A DNA stretch of 64,000 nucleotides from Clostridia bacterium (GTDB lineage Bacteria > Bacillota > Clostridia > Acetivibrionales > JAFADI01), in assembly GCA_026417615.1 (NCBI GenBank), contig JAOACY010000032.1:638-64637 (forward strand), given 5' to 3'. Each line of letters begins with the position of its first letter. Positions within the stretch are counted from its first letter, which is position 1. Of the stretch, positions 29,469 through 39,202 are shown in pieces. The notes under the pieces were generated by a model. It did not search any database, was not told where the DNA came from, and was given only the letters and a program-made list of their open reading frames with translations. Both the position numbers and the translations under genes were made by a program.

Positions 29469-31172
29469 TTATTTTGAAACCTTCAATTGCTCGGCAGCTT
29501 CATCGAGCATCTTCTGACCTCCTGCATTCTTCCATTCCTCAACATATTTATCCCATTGGTCCATGCTGCGTTTGCCAAGTATAAATTCAAGCTGCTTTTT
29601 AATTTGAAACTCTTTGACTGCTTTAAGATTAGCTGCATCAAGCTTAAGCTTCATTTCATAGTTCTGATATCTTGGTGCAGAATTTACCTCCATGTCGAAC
29701 TTGCTTCCTACAAGGCCTTCAGGAGTATCATAAACCTGATACTGCAATGTATATCCTATCCACTGCCAGTCAGCCAATGCCGCAAGACCTTGATCAGTTT
29801 CCGCAGGATGCTTTTCCCTTACTATATTAAATATATTAGTACCATCATCATTAAACTTAACAGTTGACATTTCTGGGAATATTTCAGGACCGCCGCCCTG
29901 TGAGCAAGCCCAGTAATTTTCATTAGGATATATCATGGTATCAACCAAATGAGCAATTCTCTTTATTTTACCTTCATCCTTTGCAGCCTTTTCGGAGAAA
30001 ACAAACATTCCTCCTGGCAAACCTGCTGCAAACATTTTTCCGCCCTTACCGTCATTTGACTTTAGAGGAGGAAGGGGTACCCATCTTTCAAGCGCTGACT
30101 TGTCCTTCTTTTTAGCATCGTAGTCTTCCTCCACAAGATTTTTCCCGGGATAGAATACCATTCCAAGCTGGTCGTTATTCCTTAATGCCTTCATCTGATC
30201 CCAGTTCATTGTAAACCAGTCGGGAGCAAGCATTTTATTGTCATACAGCTTCTTAACAAATTCTACGTACCTCTTTATAGTTCCGTCAAGCATAGGATGG
30301 TTAATTTTTCCGTCAACCACATTAATTCCGCTGTCTTCAGAGCCCCCTACATGACCATACATTGCCCTTAAAGGATCAAGCATAAAGAAGTTAATTCCGC
30401 CTGCAGCAGTTATTGCTAAATATTCATCTTTTTTGTTGTTTTTATTAGGATCTTTTTCAACTATAGCCTTTGCGTAAGCAAAAAGTTCATCCTCTGTCGT
30501 AGGAACACTCATTCCAAATTCTTTGAGCCAATCAGCTCTTACAAAAAGTCCCCAGTTGTCCATAAAAGTATTATATCTCGGAACACCTGCCATTTTACCG
30601 TCAACTGTAGCCCAGTTTTTATAGTCTTTAGTTACATAAGTAACCGCCTGTGGCATGTATTGAAGTATAGGAGTTGCATCCGCAATCTTTCCCTGCTTGA
30701 AAAGATTAAAGGCGGCTTCACTGTGCTCGTACTTAACAACCATGAAATCAGGTTCGTCCCCTGATGAAAATCTTACCATTGCATTATTAATGAACTGATC
30801 TCCTGGTATGTTTGTGAAGGTTAGATTAGTATTATATTTTTTATCCAGGTACTGCTTGATTTTATCGTCGCTTATAGGCTGATTTTTATGACCGCTTAGC
30901 ATTATCTCAATCTTGTATGCTTTGCTCAAATCATCATAGCCATAGCTGTTTTTGTCGACTGGCTTCGGATTCTTCGGAAGACTGTCCGGAAATACAATTT
31001 CCTTTTTTTGTTCAGCAGCTTTGTCATCTGCTTTTGCAGTGGCAGATGCTTCAACTGTGTTTGCCTGGGATTCGCTTCCTGCATCCTTCTTATTGGTGCA
31101 CCCAGCTGCCCCAATTACCAAAGACACCACTAAAAGCACTGCCAGTAAAAGGTTTAGTTTTTTGATTTTCAT
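29469..31172 (-). CDS. ABC transporter extracellular solute-binding lipoprotein (large family-1 SBP, LplA-like)
   Basis: 567 aa with a signal peptide and lipobox (LVIGAAGC). It sits next to two sugar-type permease genes. Confidence 0.85.
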   Translation of the reverse strand: MKIKKLNLLLAVLLVVSLVIGAAGCTNKKDAGSESQANTVEASATAKADDKAAEQKKEIVFPDSLPKNPKPVDKNSYGYDDLSKAYKIEIMLSGHKNQPISDDKIKQYLDKKYNTNLTFTNIPGDQFINNAMVRFSSGDEPDFMVVKYEHSEAAFNLFKQGKIADATPILQYMPQAVTYVTKDYKNWATVDGKMAGVPRYNTFMDNWGLFVRADWLKEFGMSVPTTEDELFAYAKAIVEKDPNKNNKKDEYLAITAAGGINFFMLDPLRAMYGHVGGSEDSGINVVDGKINHPMLDGTIKRYVEFVKKLYDNKMLAPDWFTMNWDQMKALRNNDQLGMVFYPGKNLVEEDYDAKKKDKSALERWVPLPPLKSNDGKGGKMFAAGLPGGMFVFSEKAAKDEGKIKRIAHLVDTMIYPNENYWACSQGGGPEIFPEMSTVKFNDDGTNIFNIVREKHPAETDQGLAALADWQWIGYTLQYQVYDTPEGLVGSKFDMEVNSAPRYQNYEMKLKLDAANLKAVKEFQIKKQLEFILGKRSMDQWDKYVEEWKNAGGQKMLDEAAEQLKVSK

Positions 31173-31225
31173 TTTAACCTCTCCTCATTTTTTTATTTAG
31201 AACAGAGAATTTAGCTTCTCCGATT

Positions 31226-32104
31226 CTAGCCTTTGATTGAACCTATAAACATACCCTTGGAAAAATGCTTTTGCAAAAATGGATATACACATAATATAGG
31301 AATTATTCCAAATATCACCGCCGCCATTCTTAAAGTCTCCGCACTCACCCTCTGGCTTGCTTTCATGGTAAGGGCAGAATCCAGTGAACTCATGCCAGAG
31401 CTGAACATATTTCTTATAATAAGCTGAAAGGGGTAATATGTTTTATTTGTAATATACAGCATAGCATCAAACCAATTATTCCAGTGTATAACTGCATTAA
31501 ACATACCTATAGCTGCAAGAGAAGGAATAGTCAGAGGAAAAACAATACGTATAAGCAACTGGAAGTCACCTGTTCCATCAATTCTGGCAGCTTCTATTAT
31601 TTCATCCGGCAGATTCTCTATAAAAACCTTTATAGCCAGCAATCCGAAGCTGTCAACCAGCATAGGTATTATGAGAGACCATACGGAATTTGTTAAACCA
31701 AGCTGTTTGACTACAAGATAGGTAGGTATCATTCCTCCATTGAATAATACAGTTACAAGAATGAAAAAGAGAAAAAATTTCCTCCCAGGCAAACTCTTTC
31801 TTGCAAGAACATAAGCACCTGTCATTGTAAGGCACAGGAGGAGTAACGTACCAATAAGGCTTCTGAAAATAGATACCCCCAGAGACCTCCATATATAATC
31901 AGTTATTAAAAGCCTTTTATATGCTTCAATTGTTGGCTCCATTGGTATAATGACAAAAAAGTTCCTTCTTTGCATTTCGCCGAGCGTAGTCAAAGACATT
32001 CCTAAAACATACAATAATGGAAATATTGATGCACATACAATAATGCCTACAGCTATATGTATGAAAATCTGATATGCATTTTCCGATTTTGATTTATTAA
32101 GCAT
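31226..32104 (-). CDS. carbohydrate ABC transporter permease (MalG/LplC-like)
   Basis: 292 aa, 6 TM, with an EAA-type loop (EAARIDGTGDFQLLIRIVFP). Confidence 0.88.
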   Translation of the reverse strand: MLNKSKSENAYQIFIHIAVGIIVCASIFPLLYVLGMSLTTLGEMQRRNFFVIIPMEPTIEAYKRLLITDYIWRSLGVSIFRSLIGTLLLLCLTMTGAYVLARKSLPGRKFFLFFILVTVLFNGGMIPTYLVVKQLGLTNSVWSLIIPMLVDSFGLLAIKVFIENLPDEIIEAARIDGTGDFQLLIRIVFPLTIPSLAAIGMFNAVIHWNNWFDAMLYITNKTYYPFQLIIRNMFSSGMSSLDSALTMKASQRVSAETLRMAAVIFGIIPILCVYPFLQKHFSKGMFIGSIKG

Positions 32105-32114
32105 TTTTTCCTCC

Positions 32115-33032
32115 TTACCAGATCCCGTTGCCTGTTAGTTTTTTTGATGCATGATTTGATGCCAGAATCAGAATCATTCCAAATAATGACTGAAGCAATC
32201 CTACTGCTGCACCCAAACTGAATCTCATATTTCCTATGCCAACACGATATACCCATGTATCAATAATATCAGCAACATCCATAACGGCTTTATTGTAGAA
32301 CAAAAGCACCTGCTCTCCTCCAGCATAAAACATATGCCCTAAATTAATACAAAGAACAAACGTAACAACCGGTAGTATTGATGGTATAGTAATATGAGCA
32401 ATTCGTTTCAAGGGACCTGCGCCGTCCATTATTGCCGCTTCATATAGCTGTGTATCTACTGTAGATAGTGCAGCCATGTAAATTATAGTCCCCCACCCTA
32501 ATTCCTTCCACATAGACATTATAATAAGAATCGGTCTGAACCAATCCGTGCTCATCAAGAACTCCTGCCTTGGAAGGCCCATCATATCAAGCAAATTATT
32601 TACAAACCCGCTTCCTGTTGAAAAGAATGCAAAAGCAATACCGTAAATAATTACCCATGAAAAGAAATATGGAATATAGACCGCAGTCTGAGCATATTTT
32701 TTTAAGGTTTTCGATGTCATGTCATGGAACATTATCGCTAAAAATATAGGTGGCATAAAGCCTACAGCTAATCGGAGCAAGCTTATCTGGACAGTATTCT
32801 TGAAAGCTGTTGCAATTTCAGGGTCTGATACTATAAATTTGAAGTTATCAAAACCAACCCATGGACTCGTACTTACCCCGGAACCCATCTGAAGGTTTTT
32901 GAACGCCACAATCCAAGCCAGTACTATGGGCCAATACCTCAAAAATATATAGTAAAATATTAATGGCAACAATAGTAAATAAAGTGTTTTATGTTGCACA
33001 ATTCTTTTCCATAACAATTGATTTTTGTTCAT
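32115..33032 (-). CDS. carbohydrate ABC transporter permease (MalF/LplB-like)
   Basis: 305 aa, multi-TM, with an EAA loop (YEAAIMDGAGPLKRIAHITIP). Confidence 0.88.
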   Translation of the reverse strand: MNKNQLLWKRIVQHKTLYLLLLPLIFYYIFLRYWPIVLAWIVAFKNLQMGSGVSTSPWVGFDNFKFIVSDPEIATAFKNTVQISLLRLAVGFMPPIFLAIMFHDMTSKTLKKYAQTAVYIPYFFSWVIIYGIAFAFFSTGSGFVNNLLDMMGLPRQEFLMSTDWFRPILIIMSMWKELGWGTIIYMAALSTVDTQLYEAAIMDGAGPLKRIAHITIPSILPVVTFVLCINLGHMFYAGGEQVLLFYNKAVMDVADIIDTWVYRVGIGNMRFSLGAAVGLLQSLFGMILILASNHASKKLTGNGIW

Positions 33033-33154
33033 TGTACGTTATTCCCTTCTTGTCTGGCTTCTTTTGTCTTAATAAATTAATTATAGCAATGGTTAGCGGG
33101 AAAGTATATGTATCGTGCAACTGAAAATGTGTATATAATTACAGTTATAGATTT

Positions 33155-33266
33155 AAACGTCTTTATTGCCGGTGGATGAATTCCCTTAACTCGAAGGAAT
33201 TCCTTATGTGTCGTTGAAATTGCCTTTGCCCAATAGCTTTTCCCATATAACCCATATTCAGCGCAC
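33155..33266 (-). mobile_element. truncated group II intron 5' end (copy B), begins GTGCG
   Basis: The minus strand reads GTGCGCTGAATATGGG...GGGCAAAGGCAATTTCAACGA... It is about 80% identical by eye to 25835-25920. Similarity is lost after about 110 nt. Confidence 0.6.
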
Positions 33267-33433
33267 CCCATGGATCTATAAAATTAATACTGTATGTGGG
33301 GTGTTTACATTTAAGCTTGTCGGAACATCAAGCCCGATTTGCTGTATATGTTTGCATAAATATTTAAGGCTTTGAACATCATGATAAATCCTTCCAGTCC
33401 ACGAGTATAATAATCCTTATTCCTGGACTACAA

Positions 33434-34000
33434 GTGGGCGGACTCCTTGCTTACATATATATTTTCCGGTATCCCACACATATAAAGGAGTTTGCCACAC
33501 ACATACGTAAAGATGAAACCTGCCCAGTTACAGTAGGTGAAGCAACTTATTACGAATACAGATATGAAGGTAAAATCAATGACCTTGAAAATGCCGTAAT
33601 ACTTATGTGCTGGAATAAAAAGGATTTATCCGATAAGCCTGCATTCATAGTAAGTACTGATGTAAGCTTAGCCACCTCCTCTGTTCTAGATTATTATCAG
33701 AATCGCTGGGATATTGAAGTAAGTTGCCGATATCACAAGAACTCATTGGGACTTGATGAATACCAAGTAGAATCACTGACTTCAATTACGCGATTCTGGA
33801 GTATAGTCTTTTTGACTTATACTTTTCTGGAGCTTTTCAGGGTATCTAACAGCAAAACCCTGAAATTTATAACTATTGGAGATACCCTAGGGTATTTCCG
33901 CAAACAATATATGGTCTGTATTGCCAAGTTTGCACACTCTTGTGCTGAAAATGGGGTAAGTCTAGACAGCTTGCTTTCCAAATTAGGTATAGCTGCATAA
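33434..34000 (+). pseudogene. C-terminal fragment of an IS4/IS701-type DDE transposase
   Basis: Only 188 aa, carrying the Y-x2-R-x3-E signature region (DYYQNRWDIEVSCRYHKNSLGLDEYQ). The N-terminal two thirds, with the first catalytic Asp residues, are absent. Confidence 0.6.
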
Positions 34001-34176
34001 ACTTTTACATTTTACTTCACAAGTCTAATAAATGGATTTGAAATACAACCTTGTTGCAAGAGTCGCATTGTAAAGTATTTTTTAAGAAATACACAGCTTT
34101 TGAGACTCTGGCAATAAATAATTGTCAATTTGGAAGACTGTACCGTATAAATGGTTTTTATACCGTCAAGCTTCTA

Positions 34177-34185
34177 TGGTATAAT
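34177..34185 (+). promoter_or_regulatory. extended -10 element (TGGTATAAT) upstream of the dnaD-like gene
   Basis: An exact TGnTATAAT lies about 80 nt upstream of the 34267 start. The -35 is poor (TTATAC). Confidence 0.35.
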
Positions 34186-34266
34186 GCTAATTGACTCACT
34201 AGCCGAGTAACGGGTCATGCTTCTCAGGATGAAACGGCCTATTTTGATTGGAAAGGTAGTAATTAA

Positions 34267-35247
34267 ATGTATTTTGAAAGCTATAAATCAATTTTATACT
34301 CCGACACATTAGTACCGGATATTTTTATAAGCGAGTACATGCCCTCCATGGACGGTAATTGCACCAAGGTTTACCTCTACTGTCTTTTTCTCAGCAAATA
34401 CAACAAGAAGGTATCTGCAGAGGAAATTGCAAAAGCTATCGGCATTGATGCTTCAAAAGTTAGGGACGCTCTTATTTACCTTTCAAACGTCGGTATAATA
34501 AGCTGGAAGGAAGACCATGTACTCATTAACGATATAAAGGAAAAGGAAATCAAAAAGATTTACAGGCTTAAAACGACTTCCAGTCCTGAAGAGGCAGTGC
34601 ACAGCTCTGAGAGAAATAAAAGGCGCAATTGCATTATTACGGCAATAAACAATAACTTCTTTCAGGGTGTCATGGCACCCTCCTGGTATACGGACATTGA
34701 TGCGTGGTTCGACCGTTACAGGTTTGATGAGGATGTAATGTATGCCTTGTTCCAGCATTGCTACAACCATAAGGGTCTGTCAAAGCAGTATATTGTAAAA
34801 GTAGCTGACAGCTGGAGCAGCAAAGGCATCAAAAATTCTTTTGACCTTGATGCATATTCCATAGAATACCAGAAATTCAAGGAGGTAAAGCTTAAAATCG
34901 TAAAAAAGCTCAAGCGGAAAGACTTCCTTACAGAGTATGAGGATGAATATATTGAAAAATGGGTAATGGACTATAAATATGATTTTGATATAATAGATCT
35001 GGCATTAAAAAAGACCACCGCCATTTCACGCCCCAGCTTCGACTACGTGAACAAGATCCTTGCAACCTGGCATGAGAAAGGCTTAAGGACCAAGGAAGAT
35101 ATTATTGCTTATGAAAGGGAGCAAAAGCAGAATTCCCCAAGACAATCAAAGGCGCCTGCTTCGTCAGTGCCTCAGCATGATAACTTCCAGCAAAGAAAAT
35201 ATGATGACGACTTTTACAATAGCTTTTTTGACAACCTTGCAAAGTAA
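34267..35247 (+). CDS. DnaD-domain replication initiation protein (B. subtilis DnaB/DnaD-like helicase-loading cofactor)
   Basis: 326 aa with an N-terminal wHTH-like region and two DnaD/DnaB_2-type C-terminal repeats (...YIVKVADSWSSKGIKN..., ...YVNKILATWHEKGLRTKEDI...). Confidence 0.8.
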   Translation: MYFESYKSILYSDTLVPDIFISEYMPSMDGNCTKVYLYCLFLSKYNKKVSAEEIAKAIGIDASKVRDALIYLSNVGIISWKEDHVLINDIKEKEIKKIYRLKTTSSPEEAVHSSERNKRRNCIITAINNNFFQGVMAPSWYTDIDAWFDRYRFDEDVMYALFQHCYNHKGLSKQYIVKVADSWSSKGIKNSFDLDAYSIEYQKFKEVKLKIVKKLKRKDFLTEYEDEYIEKWVMDYKYDFDIIDLALKKTTAISRPSFDYVNKILATWHEKGLRTKEDIIAYEREQKQNSPRQSKAPASSVPQHDNFQQRKYDDDFYNSFFDNLAK

Positions 35248-35263
35248 TATTATATGAGGTTTT

Positions 35264-36292
35264 ATGATACAGAACATACATAGTGAAATAATGAAGGAAT
35301 ACGATAAAAGAAGAACCTCCTCACAGGAAAAGCTTGATGAAAGAAGAGCTCTGGTTTATTCGAGGGTGCCGCGGATACAGGAAATTGACAGCAGTATCCA
35401 GCTAACCGGCATAAGATATAACAAGCTTATACTTTCCGGGGACAAGTGCGTCTCTGAAGCTCTTTCAATGCTCCAGGACGAAATTGACGCCTTAAAGCGT
35501 GAAAAAGCAGAGCTCCTTGCTCAAAATGGTTTCCCCGCGGACTTCCTGACGCTCTCCTTTTATTGCGGGCTTTGCCACGACTCGGGGTTTATTAATGGTG
35601 AGGCAGGCAGTATAAAGTGTACCTGCTACAAACAGCTGCTGATAGACAAATTATACAGTTACTCAAACCTTCAGCTTACCGATGCTGAGAATTTTTCAAC
35701 CTTTGACGAAACTTTTTATCCCGAAGCAGCCGACGAAGCAAAGTACGGCATTAAAATTTCTCCCAGGGAGAACATTAGGAGAATTAGGGAGCGCTGCCTG
35801 AGCTTCGTGGAAAATTTCAGCTCTCCGGACGAAAAAAACCTTTTCTTTTGCGGCCCAACAGGTGTAGGCAAGACCTTCATGTCAAACTGCATCGCCCTGG
35901 AGGTTCTTAAAAAGGGTTACACAGTACTGTATCAAACTTCGCCTGTATTATTCAACAGAATAAATGAATACAGGACTAAGTCCTTTAAAGATGAGGACTT
36001 TGAAGATATTGGATATAGAAGCATTTTTGATGCGGATCTTCTGATAATTGATGACCTGGGAACCGAACCCCAGAGCGCAGCAAGGTACGCAGAGCTTCTA
36101 AACATTCTCAACACCCGCTATAACACTAATCTTGGCAGGCCTTGCAAGACCATAATCTCCTCAAACCTCAGCGTCAGGAATCTTTATGAATATTACACCG
36201 AACGAGTGGCTTCCAGAATTGTTGGCAATTTTGACATGAATCTGTTCGCAGGTCAGGATATACGTACAGCAAAGAAGCTGGCAGGAAGATAG
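35264..36292 (+). CDS. DnaI/DnaC-like helicase loader ATPase
   Basis: Cys-rich N-terminal segment (CGLCHDSGFI...KCTCYKQ), Walker A GPTGVGKT and Walker B LLIIDDLG. It lies 17 nt after the dnaD-like gene. Confidence 0.85.
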   Translation: MIQNIHSEIMKEYDKRRTSSQEKLDERRALVYSRVPRIQEIDSSIQLTGIRYNKLILSGDKCVSEALSMLQDEIDALKREKAELLAQNGFPADFLTLSFYCGLCHDSGFINGEAGSIKCTCYKQLLIDKLYSYSNLQLTDAENFSTFDETFYPEAADEAKYGIKISPRENIRRIRERCLSFVENFSSPDEKNLFFCGPTGVGKTFMSNCIALEVLKKGYTVLYQTSPVLFNRINEYRTKSFKDEDFEDIGYRSIFDADLLIIDDLGTEPQSAARYAELLNILNTRYNTNLGRPCKTIISSNLSVRNLYEYYTERVASRIVGNFDMNLFAGQDIRTAKKLAGR

Positions 36293-36323
36293 ACACAGAT
36301 AAATTCAAGCTCTGCTAACGCGA

Positions 36324-37394
36324 TTATTTCAGGCCCAGCATGACCAGCAGGCTTTCAATAATAGGTATTGAAATGCCCTTCATTTTCAGCCCCTGAACTA
36401 CATAGATAAAAATCACTGCGGCAGTTCCGGGCGCAAAGCCTATTAAAAGTCTGGCATCAATGTGATTCAATTCTCTTTCAGCCTTTACAACTGTCTTGGA
36501 AGTATTGTTTACAAACAGCACCATAAAAACAGTAAATAAAGCTGCGCACCCTAGAACAACAATGCCCCAGAATACTATTACCGCTACAAGCTGCTCCGGC
36601 GCGAGAGCAGTAATGGCCGAAAAGTCCAAATCCCCCTTGGCTGCAGAGTTATTGCCAAGGCCGGAGGATTCCATAAGCTTTGCCAGCTTGTTGAAAGCAA
36701 ATGCGAGCAAAACGGCAATGGAATTATTGGTGAAATGGGCAAGCATGCCTCCGTAAATTGAATTAGTCCTGTATACTATAAAGCCTATAAGCACACCAAG
36801 GATGAAGGTTCCCAGAAGCTTTTGAAAGTCTACATGCATCAGTCCGAATAAAAAGGCTGTCAATAGTATTGCCCTGACTGCCCCAAGCCTTTCAAGCCCC
36901 CTTTGGATTACTCCTCTAAAGAGGACTTCCTCACAAATTCCTGCGGAGGCGCCTATTACAAGAATGCTTATGAGCAAGCCAGGAAGGTCGTTTGCAGCAG
37001 GAGGCTGATTTATAATTATTTTGCCGAAGATGTTTTTTATGACAAGGAGATTTATTATGTTTAAAACGCCTGCTAACGGCAAAGCAAAACACATTATGCC
37101 TATTATGTAAAACGCATTAACCAGCTTAAGCCTGTTTAGTCTGATTACTTTCCGAAGGTCGTACCGGAACAGGATAAGCAGGATAAGCGCAGGAAGCATA
37201 ATAAGCCCTATTTCCGTAATCAAAATCCCCAAATAGAGATCAGTCCTCTGAAGCCTCGAGCCCACAAGCAGAAGCAGCAGCACTGTGATTGAATAAAGCA
37301 ATCCTATCGAAAAAAGGCCAGGTGTGCGAAACCCAATATTAACACTATAGTTTTTTTGTGTATCCTCGGTGTTGTTTGCAAACACATCTTCCAT
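36324..37394 (-). CDS. CPBP-family intramembrane glutamic endopeptidase (CAAX protease-like)
   Basis: Multi-TM protein with the CEEVLFRG and HFTNNSIAV motifs. Confidence 0.85.
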   Translation of the reverse strand: MEDVFANNTEDTQKNYSVNIGFRTPGLFSIGLLYSITVLLLLLVGSRLQRTDLYLGILITEIGLIMLPALILLILFRYDLRKVIRLNRLKLVNAFYIIGIMCFALPLAGVLNIINLLVIKNIFGKIIINQPPAANDLPGLLISILVIGASAGICEEVLFRGVIQRGLERLGAVRAILLTAFLFGLMHVDFQKLLGTFILGVLIGFIVYRTNSIYGGMLAHFTNNSIAVLLAFAFNKLAKLMESSGLGNNSAAKGDLDFSAITALAPEQLVAVIVFWGIVVLGCAALFTVFMVLFVNNTSKTVVKAERELNHIDARLLIGFAPGTAAVIFIYVVQGLKMKGISIPIIESLLVMLGLK

Positions 37395-37453
37395 TCCTGT
37401 CGCCTCCCAAAATATTGTACCATTATTTTCAATTTTCTAACAGCCCCTTGAAC

Positions 37454-37491
37454 AAAAAACCTGTGTGAAACATATTTGATGCCCACAGAGG
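37454..37491 (-). terminator. intrinsic terminator closing the sleB-ypeB transcript
   Basis: On the minus strand: CCTCTGTG-16 nt-CACACAGG (one mismatch) followed by TTTTTTG. Confidence 0.5.
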
Positions 37492-37506
37492 TTTATTAAA
37501 AATATT

Positions 37507-37709
37507 GATTCTACTGCAAGAACCCATTTTCTGAAACTTCGATGAAATCACTAACGACTAGTCTTGCAATTCCTCGCACGCATCAATATGACATCCTGTC
37601 AGGCGATGCTCAAAATGCCACCCTTGGTATTTTGGCTTCAGAATTGACGCAGCGTCGTCGAGTGATTTATGCATCTCGTTCCAAGAAACGCTGTTCTTGC
37701 AGTAGAATC
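37507..37709. repeat. 203-bp element bounded by perfect 17-bp terminal inverted repeats (MITE-like / long hairpin)
   Basis: GATTCTACTGCAAGAAC (37507-37523) faces GTTCTTGCAGTAGAATC (37693-37709). The arms stay imperfectly complementary for about 45 nt further inwards. An internal 10-bp hairpin lies at 37611-37634. Confidence 0.8.
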
Positions 37710-37720
37710 TAAAATCAATA

Positions 37721-39202
37721 TCACATTGTCAGAATCCCATTGGGTGTGTCAATTATCATCAGTATGTTTTCTTCATTCCCGTTTTCCGCATTGATATACA
37801 CGATGAAATCTCTTTCTCCCAGCCGGCCTTTGAACTCGTAGGTAAAGATCTCCGATTTGTAATCTGTTGGTATCATTGCCAGTCCCGAACTCTTTACCTG
37901 CACCCTGGGATTGATTTTCGACCTGGCTTCCTGCTCTGTGATTTTAGGCTTCGGTATGTTCCTTACAGCATGGGCGGAAATGTATCCCTTGGCTTCAAAG
38001 CCTACAATTTCTCCATTATCCAGCGCAACCTTGAGCTTGATCAAGTCTGAATAAATTGTTACATTGTCTTGCTTATACGCGTAATTTATTATAGCTGTAT
38101 TGTCCTCTTTCAGGTAGTAGGTGTCCACCATATCGGGATAACCTCGCTCCCGAAGGAATTTCCTTCCTGCCTCCTTGGCCTGCTCAATGCTTATTGCTTC
38201 TTGCGCCACAGGCCTGTTGTAAAGCATCCAGAGTATATGACCTCCCTTCTGTGTAACTTCAATTGTTGCAATCTGATTCTCCGGCACATTTTTAAAGGCT
38301 ACCCTGTAGCTGTATGTTTTTATTGGCTCGGCGTCATTTCTTTCCTGATCTGTTATGCTCATTATCCTGTCCGCGCCCAGGAACTTCGCAGCATTCTGCT
38401 TCGCTTGCTCGGAGTTCAGCATGTCTCCTGTCAGCCCTCTAGGCTCTGCGGTTACCAAGTGGTCTGAAAACGGGCCGTCATATATTAGAGTAGGATAATC
38501 CTGAAAAGTTTTGTCTATATCCTTGAACTGCTTTTCCGGAAGTTCGGCTGAAAGCCTTTGAAACATTGGGGTTCCTTTTGATGATAAAGCACCCCATTTT
38601 ATCCTGCCTGAGGCAATCTGATTCTGCAAATCTTCAAGGCCTTCGCTTAGAGCTGTTGCAAAGCCCTGCAGCTGCTCAATGGTTTTGTATTGCTGTTCTG
38701 TCATTGCTTTCCCCTGCATGTTTTGGTTGTTAATGGAATACGCCAGATCTCCAACCTGAGTTAAAAATTTTGAGGTGTTGGCAATTATAGGCTGCGACAC
38801 AGGAAGCTGCCCAAGATTCTCCTGTGCAAGATTCGCCTGCCTCCACGCCTCCTGCAAGACTGATGCCGTCCTTGAAGGTGTTGATGTAAGAAGCGATTTT
38901 GCCAGCAATGTCTCAACGTTATTTACGTATCCCATCATATCATAGAATGACCTGTTGTACTGATTATCCAATTCCTGCCTTAGATTTGCCGCGTGCTTGT
39001 ACTGATACAACCCCCATATTGAAATAGCACCAATAACGGCAAGTACAATACTGTACATTTTTCTGTCAGATAACCTTCTTTTAAAATCCAGCAGCTTTTC
39101 TCTGATACTCAATTTCTTAATCCTCCCTTGCTTGGGGGCACGTCCGCTTATTAACAGGTTCCTGTCTTTTGGAGGAAATGCCCCCTCTTTATTATTTGCC
39201 AA
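37721..39202 (-). CDS. ypeB: germination protein YpeB (PepSY-domain protein)
   Basis: 493 aa with an N-terminal TM anchor and C-terminal PepSY repeats. It overlaps and follows sleB, the canonical arrangement. Confidence 0.85.
   Translation of the reverse strand: MANNKEGAFPPKDRNLLISGRAPKQGRIKKLSIREKLLDFKRRLSDRKMYSIVLAVIGAISIWGLYQYKHAANLRQELDNQYNRSFYDMMGYVNNVETLLAKSLLTSTPSRTASVLQEAWRQANLAQENLGQLPVSQPIIANTSKFLTQVGDLAYSINNQNMQGKAMTEQQYKTIEQLQGFATALSEGLEDLQNQIASGRIKWGALSSKGTPMFQRLSAELPEKQFKDIDKTFQDYPTLIYDGPFSDHLVTAEPRGLTGDMLNSEQAKQNAAKFLGADRIMSITDQERNDAEPIKTYSYRVAFKNVPENQIATIEVTQKGGHILWMLYNRPVAQEAISIEQAKEAGRKFLRERGYPDMVDTYYLKEDNTAIINYAYKQDNVTIYSDLIKLKVALDNGEIVGFEAKGYISAHAVRNIPKPKITEQEARSKINPRVQVKSSGLAMIPTDYKSEIFTYEFKGRLGERDFIVYINAENGNEENILMIIDTPNGILTM

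Noticed and set aside
33077-33271. 64-aa minus-strand ORF (and the 68-aa plus-strand ORF at 25727-25933)
   Set aside because: Both lie on the repeated intron 5' segment. The homologous copies are in different reading frames because of indels, and their substitutions preserve RNA pairing rather than codons. The sequence is therefore non-coding.
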